Assembly (NCBI GenBank): GCA_963692995.1
Contig: OY843611.1
Location: 1,126,748 to 1,190,747 of the forward strand
Length of the DNA: 64,000 nucleotides
Origin: Dehalococcoidia bacterium
Lineage (GTDB): Bacteria; Chloroflexota; Dehalococcoidia; Lucifugimonadales; UBA3495
Direction: 5' to 3'
The notes under the pieces were generated by a model. It was not told the DNA's origin, ran no database searches, and saw only the letters and a list, made by a program, of their open reading frames with translations. This document shows positions 1 to 10,500 of this stretch, piece by piece. Position 1 is the first letter of the stretch, and each line of letters begins with the position of its first letter. The position numbers and the translations under genes were made by a program.

Positions 1-14
1 GGCGGGCCGCCGCC

Positions 15-326
15 GTGGCTCAGGAACTGGGGGTTCGGGTGGCCGGCATGGGCGCTGGCGAGAACGCGCGGCGGCTGCTGGAGCTGATCCCCGAATTGCA
101 GGGGCTGTGCTGCGACTACTCGGCGGCCCAGGCGCTGCTGGGCCGCAAGCGGCGGGGCGTCGCCGGCTGCATCGCCCTCAGTCGGGACCTGGGCGGGCTG
201 CGCTTGCGCGCGCCGACGGACGGCGGCGGGTCGTTGACTTTGGCGGCGGGCGAAACGGTGGATTGCGGCGTCTGGCAAGACTTGGCGACGGAGAGCGCCG
301 GGCTGGTCGCGGGATTGCTGGACTAG
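15..326 (+). CDS. Hypothetical protein, probably 5'-partial (frame open to window start)
   Basis: ORF track. No stop codon in-frame between nt 3 and 15. No motif recognised. Confidence 0.35.
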   Translation: MAQELGVRVAGMGAGENARRLLELIPELQGLCCDYSAAQALLGRKRRGVAGCIALSRDLGGLRLRAPTDGGGSLTLAAGETVDCGVWQDLATESAGLVAGLLD

Positions 327-460
327 TGATTGGACGTCAGAACTTTCAGCAGCGCGCCGTTGACCGGCGAGTCCGGGTTCATGGCGTGGTTGACGGTGAA
401 TTCCGCTCCGCACCGGAGTAGGCTGCCCAGGCCGATGGCGATTAGGATGCTTTTGAGCAT
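323..460 (-). CDS. Small (45 aa) predicted secreted/membrane peptide
   Basis: Internal ATG at 460 preceded by AAAGGAAC. N-terminus MLKSILIAIGLGSLL is signal-peptide-like. Confidence 0.35.
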   Translation of the reverse strand: MLKSILIAIGLGSLLRCGAEFTVNHAMNPDSPVNGALLKVLTSNH

Positions 461-536
461 GATCGGGTTCCTTTGGGATTGGGTGATGCGGTTCCGGCAG
501 TGGCAGTCGGGCGCGGGATTGCGCCGCGCCGATGGC

Positions 537-567
537 AAAGGGGGGAGTTTTGACAACTCCCCCCTTT
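537..567. terminator. Perfect 13-bp stem / 5-nt loop hairpin, possible bidirectional intrinsic terminator
   Basis: AAAGGGGGGAGTT-TTGAC-AACTCCCCCCTTT. The G/C-rich core is flanked by T-runs on both strands. Confidence 0.4.
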
Positions 568-1000
568 CCGGTTTGCTGGTTGGCTCGCGGGCGGTTTCAG
601 CCGGGCGGCGGCGCGGCCGGCGGGCCTGGTTTGCGGTTGTTGGCCCGCCCTTTCGGGCCGGTTTTTATGCTGAACTAACATCAATCGCTTCGGGATAGCG
701 GGGACAAACTTTACTTTATGCTGAATAGGGGACGTTTGCCGCGGGGGACCGGGGGCAATGTTTCCAGGGTTCGGCGCCAGGGGGCAAAGGGCTTATCCGA
801 GGGGTATTCGCTTCGTAAAACCGGGGCGGAACTTTCCGTAGCGCCGGGCCGTTGCGACAGGTCGGGGGTGATGTACCAGGATTTGAGCGTGATTTGACGC
901 CGGTTGAGGGGAGAAACTTTACGGCGCCGGAGCGGGTCGTTTTGGCGATGGCGCCGGGGGGTTCTCCCGATGGTTTCGGGGCGTTGGGGCGTCCGGGGGA

Positions 1001-1852
1001 TTAGTCGTTGGGTACGATGATGACGGTTACGTCGTGAGCGGCGGCGTATTCCCGGCTGGCGTCGGCGGCGGCGGTTCCGATGGCGGCGGCGGCGACGGGG
1101 CTGCCGGTGGCGGCGGCGAGGATGTCGGCGCGGCGGCGGGCGCGGTTCACGTCTTCGTGGTGGATGGTCAGGGAGATTTCGGCCAGGGCGTAGCGGGCTG
1201 GGCCGGGTTCGGCTGCGCTGCGGATAACCAGGTCGGTGAGTTCGGCTTCGTCGGCTTGCTGGTCGGTGATGTGGTTGAGCGCGGCGGCGTTTTCCAGGAG
1301 TTCGGAGAGGGCGGTGGCGTCGGGCATAGTGGGGGAGTAGATGGGGTAGGCGCCGGGCATATTGAGTTGGGAGCGGGCGATGCGGCGGGCGCGGCGGGCG
1401 ATTTTGCGTTCGTAGTCGGAGCCGGTGAGGTTATTGAGCTGGCCCTGCATTCTGGTTTGGTTGCTCTTGAGTTCGGCTTGGTTGCTCTTGAGTTCGGCCA
1501 CGTCGCTCCTGAGTTCGGCCTGGCCGTTCTTGAGTTCGGCCACGTCGCTCCTGAGTTCGGCCTGGCCGTTCTTGAGTTCGGCCACGTCGCTCCTGAGTTC
1601 GGCCTGGCCGTTCTTGAGTTCGGCCACGTCGCTCTTGAGTTCGGCCTGGCCGCTTTCCAGCCGGTCGAGCCGTTGGTTGATGACGGCGACGGCGGCGTTG
1701 AGTTCTTGGACGGACTGGACCAGTTGGGCAACGATGGCGGGGAGTTGCAGGAGTTCATCGGTGAGGATATGGCGGCGCATGGCTTCGCGGAGTTCGGGGT
1801 TTTGGGACATGGCGTTGAGGATGTCGGCGAAGGTGGTGATGGTGGGGGACAT
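1001..1852 (-). CDS. Coiled-coil tandem-repeat protein with C-terminal PD-(D/E)xK-like domain (paralogue of 19464-20237 and 52064-52660)
   Basis: 283-aa ORF. N-terminus has ILTDELLQLP. Four copies of a 14-aa unit (NGQAELRSDVAELK). C-terminus has DLVI...YALAEISLT. Confidence 0.8.
   Translation of the reverse strand: MSPTITTFADILNAMSQNPELREAMRRHILTDELLQLPAIVAQLVQSVQELNAAVAVINQRLDRLESGQAELKSDVAELKNGQAELRSDVAELKNGQAELRSDVAELKNGQAELRSDVAELKSNQAELKSNQTRMQGQLNNLTGSDYERKIARRARRIARSQLNMPGAYPIYSPTMPDATALSELLENAAALNHITDQQADEAELTDLVIRSAAEPGPARYALAEISLTIHHEDVNRARRRADILAAATGSPVAAAAIGTAAADASREYAAAHDVTVIIVPND
1462..1655. repeat. In-frame tandem repeat (42-bp unit made of 21-bp subunits) inside CDS 1001-1852
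   Basis: GAGTTCGGCCACGTCGCTCCTGAGTTCGGCCTGGCCGTTCTT repeats near-perfectly from 1490, with degenerate copies on both sides. Confidence 0.9.
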
Positions 1853-2812
1853 GGCGGTCTGGACCTCGTTGGCGGGGTTATGGGATGGTTTGATTTTAGC
1901 ACTGCGGCGGGGGTCTCCCGCAAGCGGGGGTGCGGGCGGCGGGCCGGTTTGGCGATGGGGTTTCGGTTCGGCGGGGCGGGATGCCGGGAGTAGGCCCGGT
2001 TTGCCCCGTAGCGGGGCGGTGTCGGACGCGGTTCGCGTCTTCGCGCTGGCTGGCGACCCGGCGGTTGCGGTTGGCGCAGCGCCGCTATCGTGTCGTCCGT
2101 CGTCCGCGCGCTGGATGTGATTGCGCGGAATGGCGGGTTGGCATTCGTGATGTCCGCTGGCCGGATAGCCCGGCGCGTCGCCGCCGCGTCTCAGCAGGTC
2201 GGGCTAGGCGACGGGTTTTGCGGCGACTCCGGCCGTATAGGGATGGCCGTGGGGATGTCGCAACGGGGCGCGCCGGATGGGGCGATGCTGCGTCCGGGCC
2301 GGTGGGCCGGGCCGGCGCTGGTGGCTTGCTACACGGGGGCGCCCGCGCCGCGCACGCCCCCGCTGCCTGGACTAGTCGTCTTTTGCGGGGCTGGGGCGTG
2401 TCGTATGAGGCCGGTACAGGCCCTAAAGTCGGCCCGAAGGCGTTACGGGGCCTTTTGTTTCATTCATTGCGTCGCCCGGTCTTATGCGGCGGCTGGCGGG
2501 CGCTTCGGGGCGGGTGTTCGGGGATGCGAATGAGGGCGGGCCGTAGCCCGCCCCTGGTGGCCGTCGGACTATCCCCGCGTTGACGGCGACAGTATTCGCG
2601 TGGCGTTTTTCCCAGCGGGTGAGGCTGGGGTTTTTGGCCCGGACTGGCGACGGCGGCTTTTAGGTTAGCCGGGGTGTCCCGGGGTGTCAAGGGTGGCGGC
2701 GGCGGCGTGTTGGGCGGCGTGCGTGTTGCGTTTTTTCCCGCAGCGGGAGCCGGGGCGCCTTGCGAGCCGGTTTTGGTCCAGGGGGTTCTCCCGGTCGGGT
2801 TGGGTGTGTGGC

Positions 2813-3043
2813 TTATTCTGACGGGGGTTTGGGGCAGATTGGGCAGTGGTTTGCGGGGTAGCCGACGGTGGCGACGTGGCCGATTAGGTTGCCGACGCTG
2901 CGCCGGGCGGCTTGGCGGGTGGGGTGGGGTTGGGGGTTGGCGCGGATCATTTGGCCGTAGGCTTCGCGGAAGATGAGGTAGTGTCGGGTATGGGGGCCGA
3001 AGTCGCCGCTTTGGAGTTCGCAGTTGAATTGGGGGTTGGGCAT
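2813..3043 (-). CDS. Hypothetical small protein
   Basis: ORF with balanced composition. GGAG-like RBS upstream of ATG 3043. Confidence 0.4.
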   Translation of the reverse strand: MPNPQFNCELQSGDFGPHTRHYLIFREAYGQMIRANPQPHPTRQAARRSVGNLIGHVATVGYPANHCPICPKPPSE

Positions 3044-3276
3044 TGGTTTGGCTCCGGGGCGGGGTTGTGGGTGGAGTGTGGCGGCCTGGTGGTCATTGGG
3101 GGCGCTTCTTGGGGGGTTGACCTTGAAGAACTGGGCGATTGGTTCGTTCCGGCTTTGCTAACAGGCGGGCATTTCGCAGCGTTTGCATAGGGTGGCCCAG
3201 TATTGAATGCGGTGGGCGCCGGTGACGGGTTGAGCGGTGGTGTCAAAGTTGCCCATGGGCGGGATCTAGGGGGCGT

Positions 3277-3522
3277 TCACGGGGTTCGCTCCTGTTTAGC
3301 GAGGGTGAAGTGGTTGCCGTTTTCGTTGACGATGCAGATTTGGTCGTCGGGGTCGATGTTGGCCCAGTGTTCCAGCACGGGGCTGTAGTCGCCGAAGGCT
3401 TCGGCCAGGGCGTCCTCGACTCTCCTGACCCATTGTTCTTCGAAGGAGTCGGGGCGGAGCAGGGGGAAGCGGAAGCGGAAGAGGATGGCGGGGCCGGGGT
3501 CTTGGTTGTCAGGTCGGTACAT
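3277..3522 (-). CDS. Hypothetical small protein
   Basis: 81-aa ORF with normal amino-acid composition, co-oriented with neighbours. Confidence 0.5.
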   Translation of the reverse strand: MYRPDNQDPGPAILFRFRFPLLRPDSFEEQWVRRVEDALAEAFGDYSPVLEHWANIDPDDQICIVNENGNHFTLAKQERTP

Positions 3523-3629
3523 TTTGGGCCTCTGCTTCGTGCTGTGGCGGGTGGGAGGACTGGTGGTGTTCTCAGTTCCTTTGGATTGATGGGGGGCGGT
3601 TGCTCGGCTCCGGGGTTATGGCCGGCGGG

Positions 3630-4130
3630 TTATACCAGCACCCAGACGCTCATGGCCTTGCGTTCGCCGGCGAGGACGGAGCCGTCGGGCTGGCGGTAGC
3701 GGTAGGTTCGTCCGTCCCAGGTGTCCCAGAGGGCGTTGTCGCGGAGGCCGGCGATGTGCCGGCGGGTGGTTACTAGGCAGCCGCCGCGGTGTCGGCCGTA
3801 GTCGGCGTAGGCTTGGGTGTAGGTGGGTCGGGGGCCGGGGGGCAGTCTGACTTTTTGCAGTCCGAATAGGGCGAGGTCGGCGTCGTTGTCCTGGCGGCTC
3901 CAGGGCTTGCCGGTGACGCTGGATTTGGCGCGGCAGGCGTAGGCGGTGGCGCTGGCGGGGAAGCCGCGGGCTTTGCGGTTTTCGGCCAGGGTGAGGTACA
4001 CGTCTCGGTAGTCTCGGTCGGTGATTAGGGCGATGGCGCGGGGCACGCAGTCGTGGGCCTTGCCTCGGTAGCCGGCGTGGGCGCGTCCGCCGTCGCTTTT
4101 GACGAATCCGATCATTCCGAGTCCGATCAT
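3630..4130 (-). CDS. Hypothetical protein (166 aa)
   Basis: ORF with globular-looking composition. Its start overlaps the stop of the downstream-frame neighbour (4127/4130). Confidence 0.65.
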   Translation of the reverse strand: MIGLGMIGFVKSDGGRAHAGYRGKAHDCVPRAIALITDRDYRDVYLTLAENRKARGFPASATAYACRAKSSVTGKPWSRQDNDADLALFGLQKVRLPPGPRPTYTQAYADYGRHRGGCLVTTRRHIAGLRDNALWDTWDGRTYRYRQPDGSVLAGERKAMSVWVLV

Positions 4131-4381
4131 TTTTGCGGCGTCTCCGGGGCGGTATTGGGGAGGTTGGGGTTGGGGTTGGGGTTGGTGGCAGGGTCGGAGG
4201 TCGGCGCTGATAAAGGCTTGGGCCGTTGAGTAGCAGTTTGGGCAGGAGTTTTCGGGGGCGCTGTGTTGGCGGTCACGACTTTGGGCGTTGCGGATAAGCC
4301 TAGCGGGTCGGTGCGGCGGCGGATTGCGGCGTCGGCGGCGCCGGCCGCCAGGATTTTGCGGATGGAGTTATCCTGCGCCAT
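4127..4381 (-). CDS. Hypothetical low-complexity Pro/Thr/Asn-rich protein (start uncertain, could be up to 4552)
   Basis: ORF track 4127-4552 with internal ATG at 4381. Low-complexity tail NPNPNPN. Confidence 0.25.
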   Translation of the reverse strand: MAQDNSIRKILAAGAADAAIRRRTDPLGLSATPKVVTANTAPPKTPAQTATQRPKPLSAPTSDPATNPNPNPNLPNTAPETPQK

Positions 4382-4472
4382 CCCAGGTTTGGATTCCGCC
4401 AGGTCCGGCGGCCGGGGAGGTCGCTCCGGTATGGCGTACTGGGCATCCGATTGCGCGGTTTGGGTGGATCGG

Positions 4473-4673
4473 TTATTGCGTGGGGCTGATTTGCTGGATG
4501 GAGCGGCGTAGCCGTTTGCCGTCAACATCATCGTATTCCGCACAAATCTCAATGGTTCCCTGGTCGGTGAAATGCACGGTAAGTTTCCCGTTCAGTTCGC
4601 CCAGGGTAGCCCGCAGGCGGTATATTTGGGATCGCAGACTGTTGACCAGGGCGTCGTGGCGTTGGGCGTCCAT
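4473..4673 (-). CDS. Hypothetical small protein (66 aa)
   Basis: Internal ATG 4673 preceded by ACGGAGAA. Helical-looking N-terminus. Confidence 0.5.
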   Translation of the reverse strand: MDAQRHDALVNSLRSQIYRLRATLGELNGKLTVHFTDQGTIEICAEYDDVDGKRLRRSIQQISPTQ

Positions 4674-4901
4674 AATATTCTCCGTAATAGCCAGATTGGG
4701 GCTTACCGCCGTCGTCGCCGGCTGGTACGGCCCGGCGCATCCGTAGGTTGTTCTCATTGCAAGCTGATGGGCGCGTAGCGATCTCGCTTTCCCTTGTTGC
4801 GCGGCGGACAGAGCAACGTCAGGTTGTCGTAAGCGTCGGTGTTCTTTTTCCTGCGCGTAAGGGGGGCAGATTGGCTACCGCCGGACTGTCCCCGGCTCTG
4901 C

Positions 4902-5084
4902 TCACGCCAGGGGGTGGCATTGCAGGTATAGGAGTTTCTGGCCGGACCAGCCGCACCGGGCGCAGTTGGCCGTGGTGAAGGTGTGTCCATCCGGCGGTTG
5001 CGCGTCTTTGCGGCGTTGAATGACGATTTCGCCCTTCATTCTGATGGCGCCCTTACAGCGTGGGCAGCCGATAGTGATTCGCAT
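4902..5084 (-). CDS. Small zinc-ribbon protein (60 aa)
   Basis: CPRC...CARC pairs. ATG 5084 preceded by GAGAAGGAA. Confidence 0.55.
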   Translation of the reverse strand: MRITIGCPRCKGAIRMKGEIVIQRRKDAQPPDGHTFTTANCARCGWSGQKLLYLQCHPLA

Positions 5085-5141
5085 TTCCTTCTCTCTTACG
5101 GCTGGGGGCAGTCTGGCTAGGCTTACTCTTCCCATTCTCCG

Positions 5142-5411
5142 TTAGCGATGGCCTGGCATCGGTACTCGTGGTCTTTCATAAACGCGGCTACGTCCCGTCT
5201 GTTCCATCGCTCCTTGGACCACCATTGTCCACAGATGAGACAGGTCACTCTCCATACGGTGATTTGCTGGGACGAATGCCTGTCCGTGCTCGGTGATAAT
5301 GTCCTGTTCTTGCCACGTCATGCGTCTGCTCTTTTCCCGGTGCGTTTGCACTGCGTTCAGCCGTTCTTGCAGGGTGTAGATTACGTGGTCGGCGGGGGCG
5401 CTTTGGAGCAA
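5142..5411 (-). CDS. Hypothetical small protein (start uncertain: TTG 5411 or ATG 5321)
   Basis: ORF track. Normal composition. Confidence 0.45.
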   Translation of the reverse strand: MLQSAPADHVIYTLQERLNAVQTHREKSRRMTWQEQDIITEHGQAFVPANHRMESDLSHLWTMVVQGAMEQTGRSRVYERPRVPMPGHR

Positions 5412-5465
5412 GCCGGGGCATTATTCATCCCGTGCTGGCGGGCGGGAGGGTTCCGGCGTTGGCGT

Positions 5466-5735
5466 TCACAGCCATCTTTTCAGGTAGCCGCCGTGGGGCT
5501 GGCGGTAAGCGCCGTGCCGGTCGCATTGGGCGGTGATCTTGACTGGGCTGCCGGCTTTTTCAGCAGGGAAGCCGGGGCAAGGGAGCATGGTGATGGGGAT
5601 GCGGATGGCGCAGTTCTGGCAGATTGGCCGGTTGCGGCAGCCTTTGGGGTCATGGAACCAGAGGTTCGTATAGTGATTGGCCTGGGTGATGGGGTGTTTG
5701 GCGTCGGGGGTTGAGAACCCGCAATTGACTGGCAT
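5466..5735 (-). CDS. Cys-rich small protein
   Basis: 89-aa ORF with ATG start and several Cys (CRNRPICQNC...C...C). Confidence 0.55.
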   Translation of the reverse strand: MPVNCGFSTPDAKHPITQANHYTNLWFHDPKGCRNRPICQNCAIRIPITMLPCPGFPAEKAGSPVKITAQCDRHGAYRQPHGGYLKRWL

Positions 5736-5825
5736 GGTGGCCTCGGCGGTATGGTGGGGAAGTTGGCGTGATAAAGGGCGCCGGACGGGAAGGTCGGGCG
5801 CCCTGGTTTTGGCGGGTTGGCGGGT

Positions 5826-6650
5826 TCAGAAGATGGGGTTGGGGCTGTTGCAGGTGGCGATGAGGAAGCGGGAGAGGTCGTGCAGGTGGGGGGAATTATT
5901 GGCTTGTTGGCGGATCATTTGAGTGAGGTATTTGGTGGCGACGGTACGCGCGGCGGGGTTGGCGATGGAGTTGATCCAGCGGTTTTGGGCGCAGGCGAGG
6001 GCGGCGTCGGCGAGGAGTTGGCGTTCTTGCTCGTAGGCGGTGAAGGTCAGGAGTTCGGCTTCGGTGGATTGGGATTGGGGGCAGTTGGGGTTGTTGGATT
6101 GGGGTTTTTTGATTTTGACCTGGTATTGGTAGTTGCCGGGAGGTGGCCGGTCTCGGTAGTAGGTTTTGGGGGTTTCGGCGATTTGGGCATAGGGTTGGTC
6201 GGAATGGGAGCGTCGGGAGAGGGTGTAGGTGGCAGGTTTGGGGAGGTCAGCGCTGTGTTGAGGCTGGTAGTCGGGAGCGGGGTAGTAGTGGTTGTTGAAG
6301 TAGGGGTAGGGGAGAGTTCGCCAGGAGAGGTTGATGGATTGGGTGATGGGGTTGGATTGATGGGCAAGGATGGCGATGTGGTTATTGCAGGATAGGTCTT
6401 GGACTTGGGAGGCGGTGGCATAGGTATCGTGATGGGAGCTGGGGTGTGGGGCGCCGGGGGTGCTGGTTTGGTATTGAGCGCCGCCGCCGGATGGGGCGCC
6501 GCCGCCGTCGTCTTGGGCGTGGGCGGGGGCTGGGTTAGCGGTGGTGATGATGATGAGGGCGGTGAGCGCGGCGAGGGTAGCGATAGCGGCGATATTGCGG
6601 ATTCGGGCGGGGATGCGTTGCTGGGGGACGGGGGCGGTGGGATAGGGCAT
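5826..6650 (-). CDS. Secreted or membrane-anchored protein of unknown function
   Basis: 274-aa ORF. AAAGGAG RBS. N-terminal hydrophobic segment IAAIATLAALTALIIITTA followed by AHA. Confidence 0.7.
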   Translation of the reverse strand: MPYPTAPVPQQRIPARIRNIAAIATLAALTALIIITTANPAPAHAQDDGGGAPSGGGAQYQTSTPGAPHPSSHHDTYATASQVQDLSCNNHIAILAHQSNPITQSINLSWRTLPYPYFNNHYYPAPDYQPQHSADLPKPATYTLSRRSHSDQPYAQIAETPKTYYRDRPPPGNYQYQVKIKKPQSNNPNCPQSQSTEAELLTFTAYEQERQLLADAALACAQNRWINSIANPAARTVATKYLTQMIRQQANNSPHLHDLSRFLIATCNSPNPIF

Positions 6651-7043
6651 AGATTGGCTCCTTTTGTTGCGGGGTTGTTTTAGCCCCGGTGATTTGGCGG
6701 TTGAGATAACGTAAGGGTTGGCGTGGGAAGGGCGTTTTTAGGGGCGTATGGGCGGGTGAGCGGCGTTTTGATGCGGTTGGCGCGGATTGGGTGGTCTTTG
6801 GGGGATTGTTGGGCGTTTGGGGGCGTGTTTTGGTTTCGCGCCGGCATCCCGGCGAATGCCGGGAGCCGACGGGATTGGGGCGTCGGGGTTTGGAATGCCC
6901 CCGCGGGCCGGGTAGGCTGGCGGGGGCGGGAGGCGCGCTGGGGTTGGGGAAGGGGGGAACCCCAGGGCGCTTGAGTTCAGGGCAGCAGGGGTTGCCGTTG
7001 CCGGTTTGGTTTAGATAGCGCGGGGTGCGGTGAAGGGGTGGGT

Positions 7044-7475
7044 TCAGCGGCGGTAACGGGCGGGTTGGCGTTGTTGCCGGAGTTGGCGTTGTTGCTGGAC
7101 CTGGGCGACGGTTTTGTAGTAGCCGTCGTCGTCGAACCAGAGGGTTTCGATAAAGCAGTAGGCGCGGGAGGTTGACATGGCCTGGGCGCAGGCGATGCAG
7201 TTGAGGCTGGAGATTTCGGCGTAGCGGCTGAGGATGGCGCGGGGCTGTTCGAGTTGGGGTTGGGCGACGTCGATGGCGTGGTCGTCGAGGCGGTGTTCGC
7301 AGAAGGTGCAGGGGATTTGGTCGGCGATTTGGCGGAGGGTGTCGTAGTTGGAGCGGCGGGCCTGGGCGGTTTGTTGATGTGAGCCGTGCATGGCGACCCA
7401 GGCGCGGCTGAGTTTGGCGATTTCTTCGCGGTTGGTGATATGGCCTTGGGGGCCGGTTTTGAGTTCGTGTTGCAT
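7044..7475 (-). CDS. Hypothetical protein with CxxC pairs
   Basis: 143-aa ORF containing CTFCEH and CIACAQ. Confidence 0.6.
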   Translation of the reverse strand: MQHELKTGPQGHITNREEIAKLSRAWVAMHGSHQQTAQARRSNYDTLRQIADQIPCTFCEHRLDDHAIDVAQPQLEQPRAILSRYAEISSLNCIACAQAMSTSRAYCFIETLWFDDDGYYKTVAQVQQQRQLRQQRQPARYRR

Positions 7476-7502
7476 AGTGTTCGGGTCGCTCCGGTGGGGG
7501 GT

Positions 7503-10500
7503 TCAGAAAAGGGCGAGTTGGACGGGTTCGGGGAATCTTTCGAGCGTGGGCGCGGGTAGGGGCGCGGGCCGGGGCCGTGGCGCCGGCGTCGGCGTCGGCG
7601 TCGGAATAGGTTGGGGCTGGAAGGCTTGCTTGATGGGATCGGACACCAGCGGTTCGTCGGGGTCGTCGGGTGGTTCGTTGCGATTGAGGAGTTCCCTGAG
7701 TTCGGCTTCCAGCAGGGTTTCGGTAGGCGACTGGGCCAGCTGGCCGCGGCGTTCTTGTTCCAGTTCGCGGTAGAGTTCGTTTTCCACGATGTCGCTGAAC
7801 TTGTCGGCGGCGGGGTTCATCATGGAGAGGCCGTTGCGGGCGAGTTCGCCGTAGATGGCGCGGCTGGCGTCGCTTTTCTGGGCGACTTTGCGCAGGGCCT
7901 GTTCCTGCATGGTGCCGGCGTAGGCCAGGTAGTGGATGCGGATGGGCTGGGTCTGGGAGATGCGGTTGGAGCGGGCGGAAGCCTGGTCGGTGGTGTACAT
8001 GCTGTATTCGATTTCTTGCCAGATGATGGTGGGGTAGTCGAGGAGGTCGATGCCGGTTTCGACGGCTTTGGGGTTGACGATGATGCCGTCGTGGTGGCGG
8101 GCCTGGTCCTGGAACCATTGCATGCGTTTTTCGGGTTTGACGCGGGCGGCGTCCATGTAGGCGGTGGTGATGTGGTGTTGCTGGAGGATGGCTTGGGTGC
8201 GTTGGACGGTGGAGCGGGTATTGGTGTGGGTGCAGTAGATGATGAACTTGCGGTTTTGGTCTTTTTCTTCCTGGCAGATGCGGATGAGTTCGCGTTCTTT
8301 GGGGTAGGTGTGATTGGCGGGGAGCGGGGGCAGATTGATGATGGTTTCGCCGGTGGAGTTGGAGGTGGGAGCGGTGCCTTGCCAGCAGTTTTCGGGGTAG
8401 GTAAGGAGTTCCTGGAGCATGGTGGCGAGGGTGGGGGCGTTGCCGTGGTTGAGTTCTTGTTTGACGGTATCGCGGAGGGCTTGTTCGAGGGCTTGGTAGG
8501 CGGAGCGTTGGGAGTAGTTGGGGGCTGGGGCGGCGGCGGCTTCGGCGTGGGCTTGGGCGTGGGCTTCAGCGGCGGCGTCGGCGGCTTCGGCGATTGCTTG
8601 GGCGGCAGCGGCGTCGGTGACCGCTTGGGCGGCAGCGGCGTCGGTGACCGCAGTAGCGACGGCGGCCGCGTCGGCGTCGCTGGCCGCGGTGGCTTCGGCG
8701 GCGTCCTGGGCGTCGGCGGCGCGGTTTTGGGCGATTGCAGCGGCGGCTTGAGCGTCGGCGGCAGTTTCGGCCACGGCTTCCGGGGCGGCCAACGCCGTGC
8801 CGGGCGTGTCGTCCAGCGGAACCAGGGTGGGGATGATCTCCGGCGGCGGCAGTTGGCGGCGCGGATCGTCCGGGGGCAGCGCCTGGATCAGTTCGGGCAG
8901 GGTGGTGAAAACGGAGCAGTAGAGGATGTGGTTGAGCAGGCCGGGGTGAAAGCCGGGGATTTCTTCCTTGCGGCTCTGCTGCTGGCGGGCGGCGCTGACG
9001 GCGCCGGTGCGGCCGCCGTCGGTTTCGGGCCGGGAGCGCCAGACGGTGCGGTAGCGTCCGTACTGGTTGATGAACTGGCTGCGCTGGTCCCAGGGGAAGT
9101 TCCGTTGGAAGCCGGGGAGCAGGCGTTGCAGCAGGTAGAAGACGCTGCTGGCGCAGCCGCCGAGGAAGGTGCCGGTCAGTCCGATGGCGCGCTGGCTGCG
9201 CTGGGCCAGGCGGCCGGCGACTTCGCCCCGTGCGCTGGCGTTGGACTTGTACTGGTGGGCTTCGTCCAGGATCAGCAGGTCGGCCCAGCGGGGATGCTTT
9301 TGGGCGATGTAGTCTCCGATGGGGCAGCGCCAGCGGGTTCCGGGCGGGCGGGTGGGGGCTTTGAGGTGAAGGCGGCAGCCGGGGCAGCGGGCGTCGCGGC
9401 GGTTTTTGGCGTTTTCCCAACGGGCGTCGTCGGTGAGGACGCGCCAGCAGCGGGGGCAGGTCTCGCCGCGGAAGTTGCGGGCGACGGCCAGTTGGAGGGA
9501 GCCGTCGGGCCGTTCGTGGCGGTAGAGGCGGTGGGGGCCGGCGGCGCTGACGTGGCGGGTGACGCTGGCTACGGCCCAGCCGAGGCTGGCGGTGGTTTGG
9601 GGCAGCAGCAGCCAGAGGGGGGCGTCGGGAGCGGCGGGCAAGGTCAGGGCGGATTCCAGGTCGCCGTGGGCGGAGCGCAGGCTGGGATCGGGCGCGGGAC
9701 GGTTGGAGGGCTGGCGGATGCTTTCGATAACGCGGACTTTGGCTTGGGGGTTGCAGTCGGTGATTTCGCTGATCCAGCGGGGGATGATGTGCCGGGGGAG
9801 GATGACGATGACGCGGGCGCAGTCGGCGCCGGCGGCGGCGGCGACGGCCATCCAGGTCTTGCCGGAGCCGGGCTGGCTGATGATGAAGCCGCGGCGGTTT
9901 TTGCGGAGGTGAGCGGCCAGGGCGACGGCGTTGGCGCCTTGCTTGCCGATGGGCGGCTTTTTGAGCCGGGCGATGCGTTCCCGGATGGGGCGATAGCGGG
10001 GTTCCGTGGGGATAACGGTAGGCGGGAAGAGGTCGGTCATTCGGGCTTTCAGCGGCCGTCGCCAGGCGTGGAGGAAGTCGCGCAGGGCCTCCGGGTCTCC
10101 GTCGTCCACGGTGGTGATTTGGCCGTTGGCGAGGTTGAGGTAGCGGATGCTGTTGGTGAAGTTTTCGGTTTCGGTGGCTTTGCGGTGGGGGATTTCGGTA
10201 ATTTCGGCGACTTTGCGGATTTGGCCTTTGAGCAGGATGGGCGGGAGTTCGCCCTGGGGATCGGTGATGGGGTGGTTGTCCAGCTGGCCGCTGGCGAGGA
10301 GTTGCAGGGTGTGGCCGGAGTTGAGGGGCTGGAGGGTTGGCGCCGGCGGGGAGTGGCCCTGGGGCCGGAGTTGGGCGCGGGTATCGCCGCTGGCCCAGCA
10401 GCCTTCGGCGGCGGCGGCGCGGCTGAGGGTTGCCGGGTCGTATTCGCGGCGGCGGGCGATTGGGCGGGGCTGGCCGGGAACGCTGCGGAAGGCGGCGTTC

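Noticed and set aside
2090-2533. 147-aa plus-strand ORF in the GC-rich gap
   Set aside because: GC3 is high, so it cannot be excluded. However, there is no RBS, the composition is atypical, and it is opposite in orientation to all neighbours. It is left uncalled and reported as a finding instead.
6535-8118. 527-aa minus-strand ORF
   Set aside because: Extreme Arg/Pro composition. It overlaps three better-supported genes in other frames.
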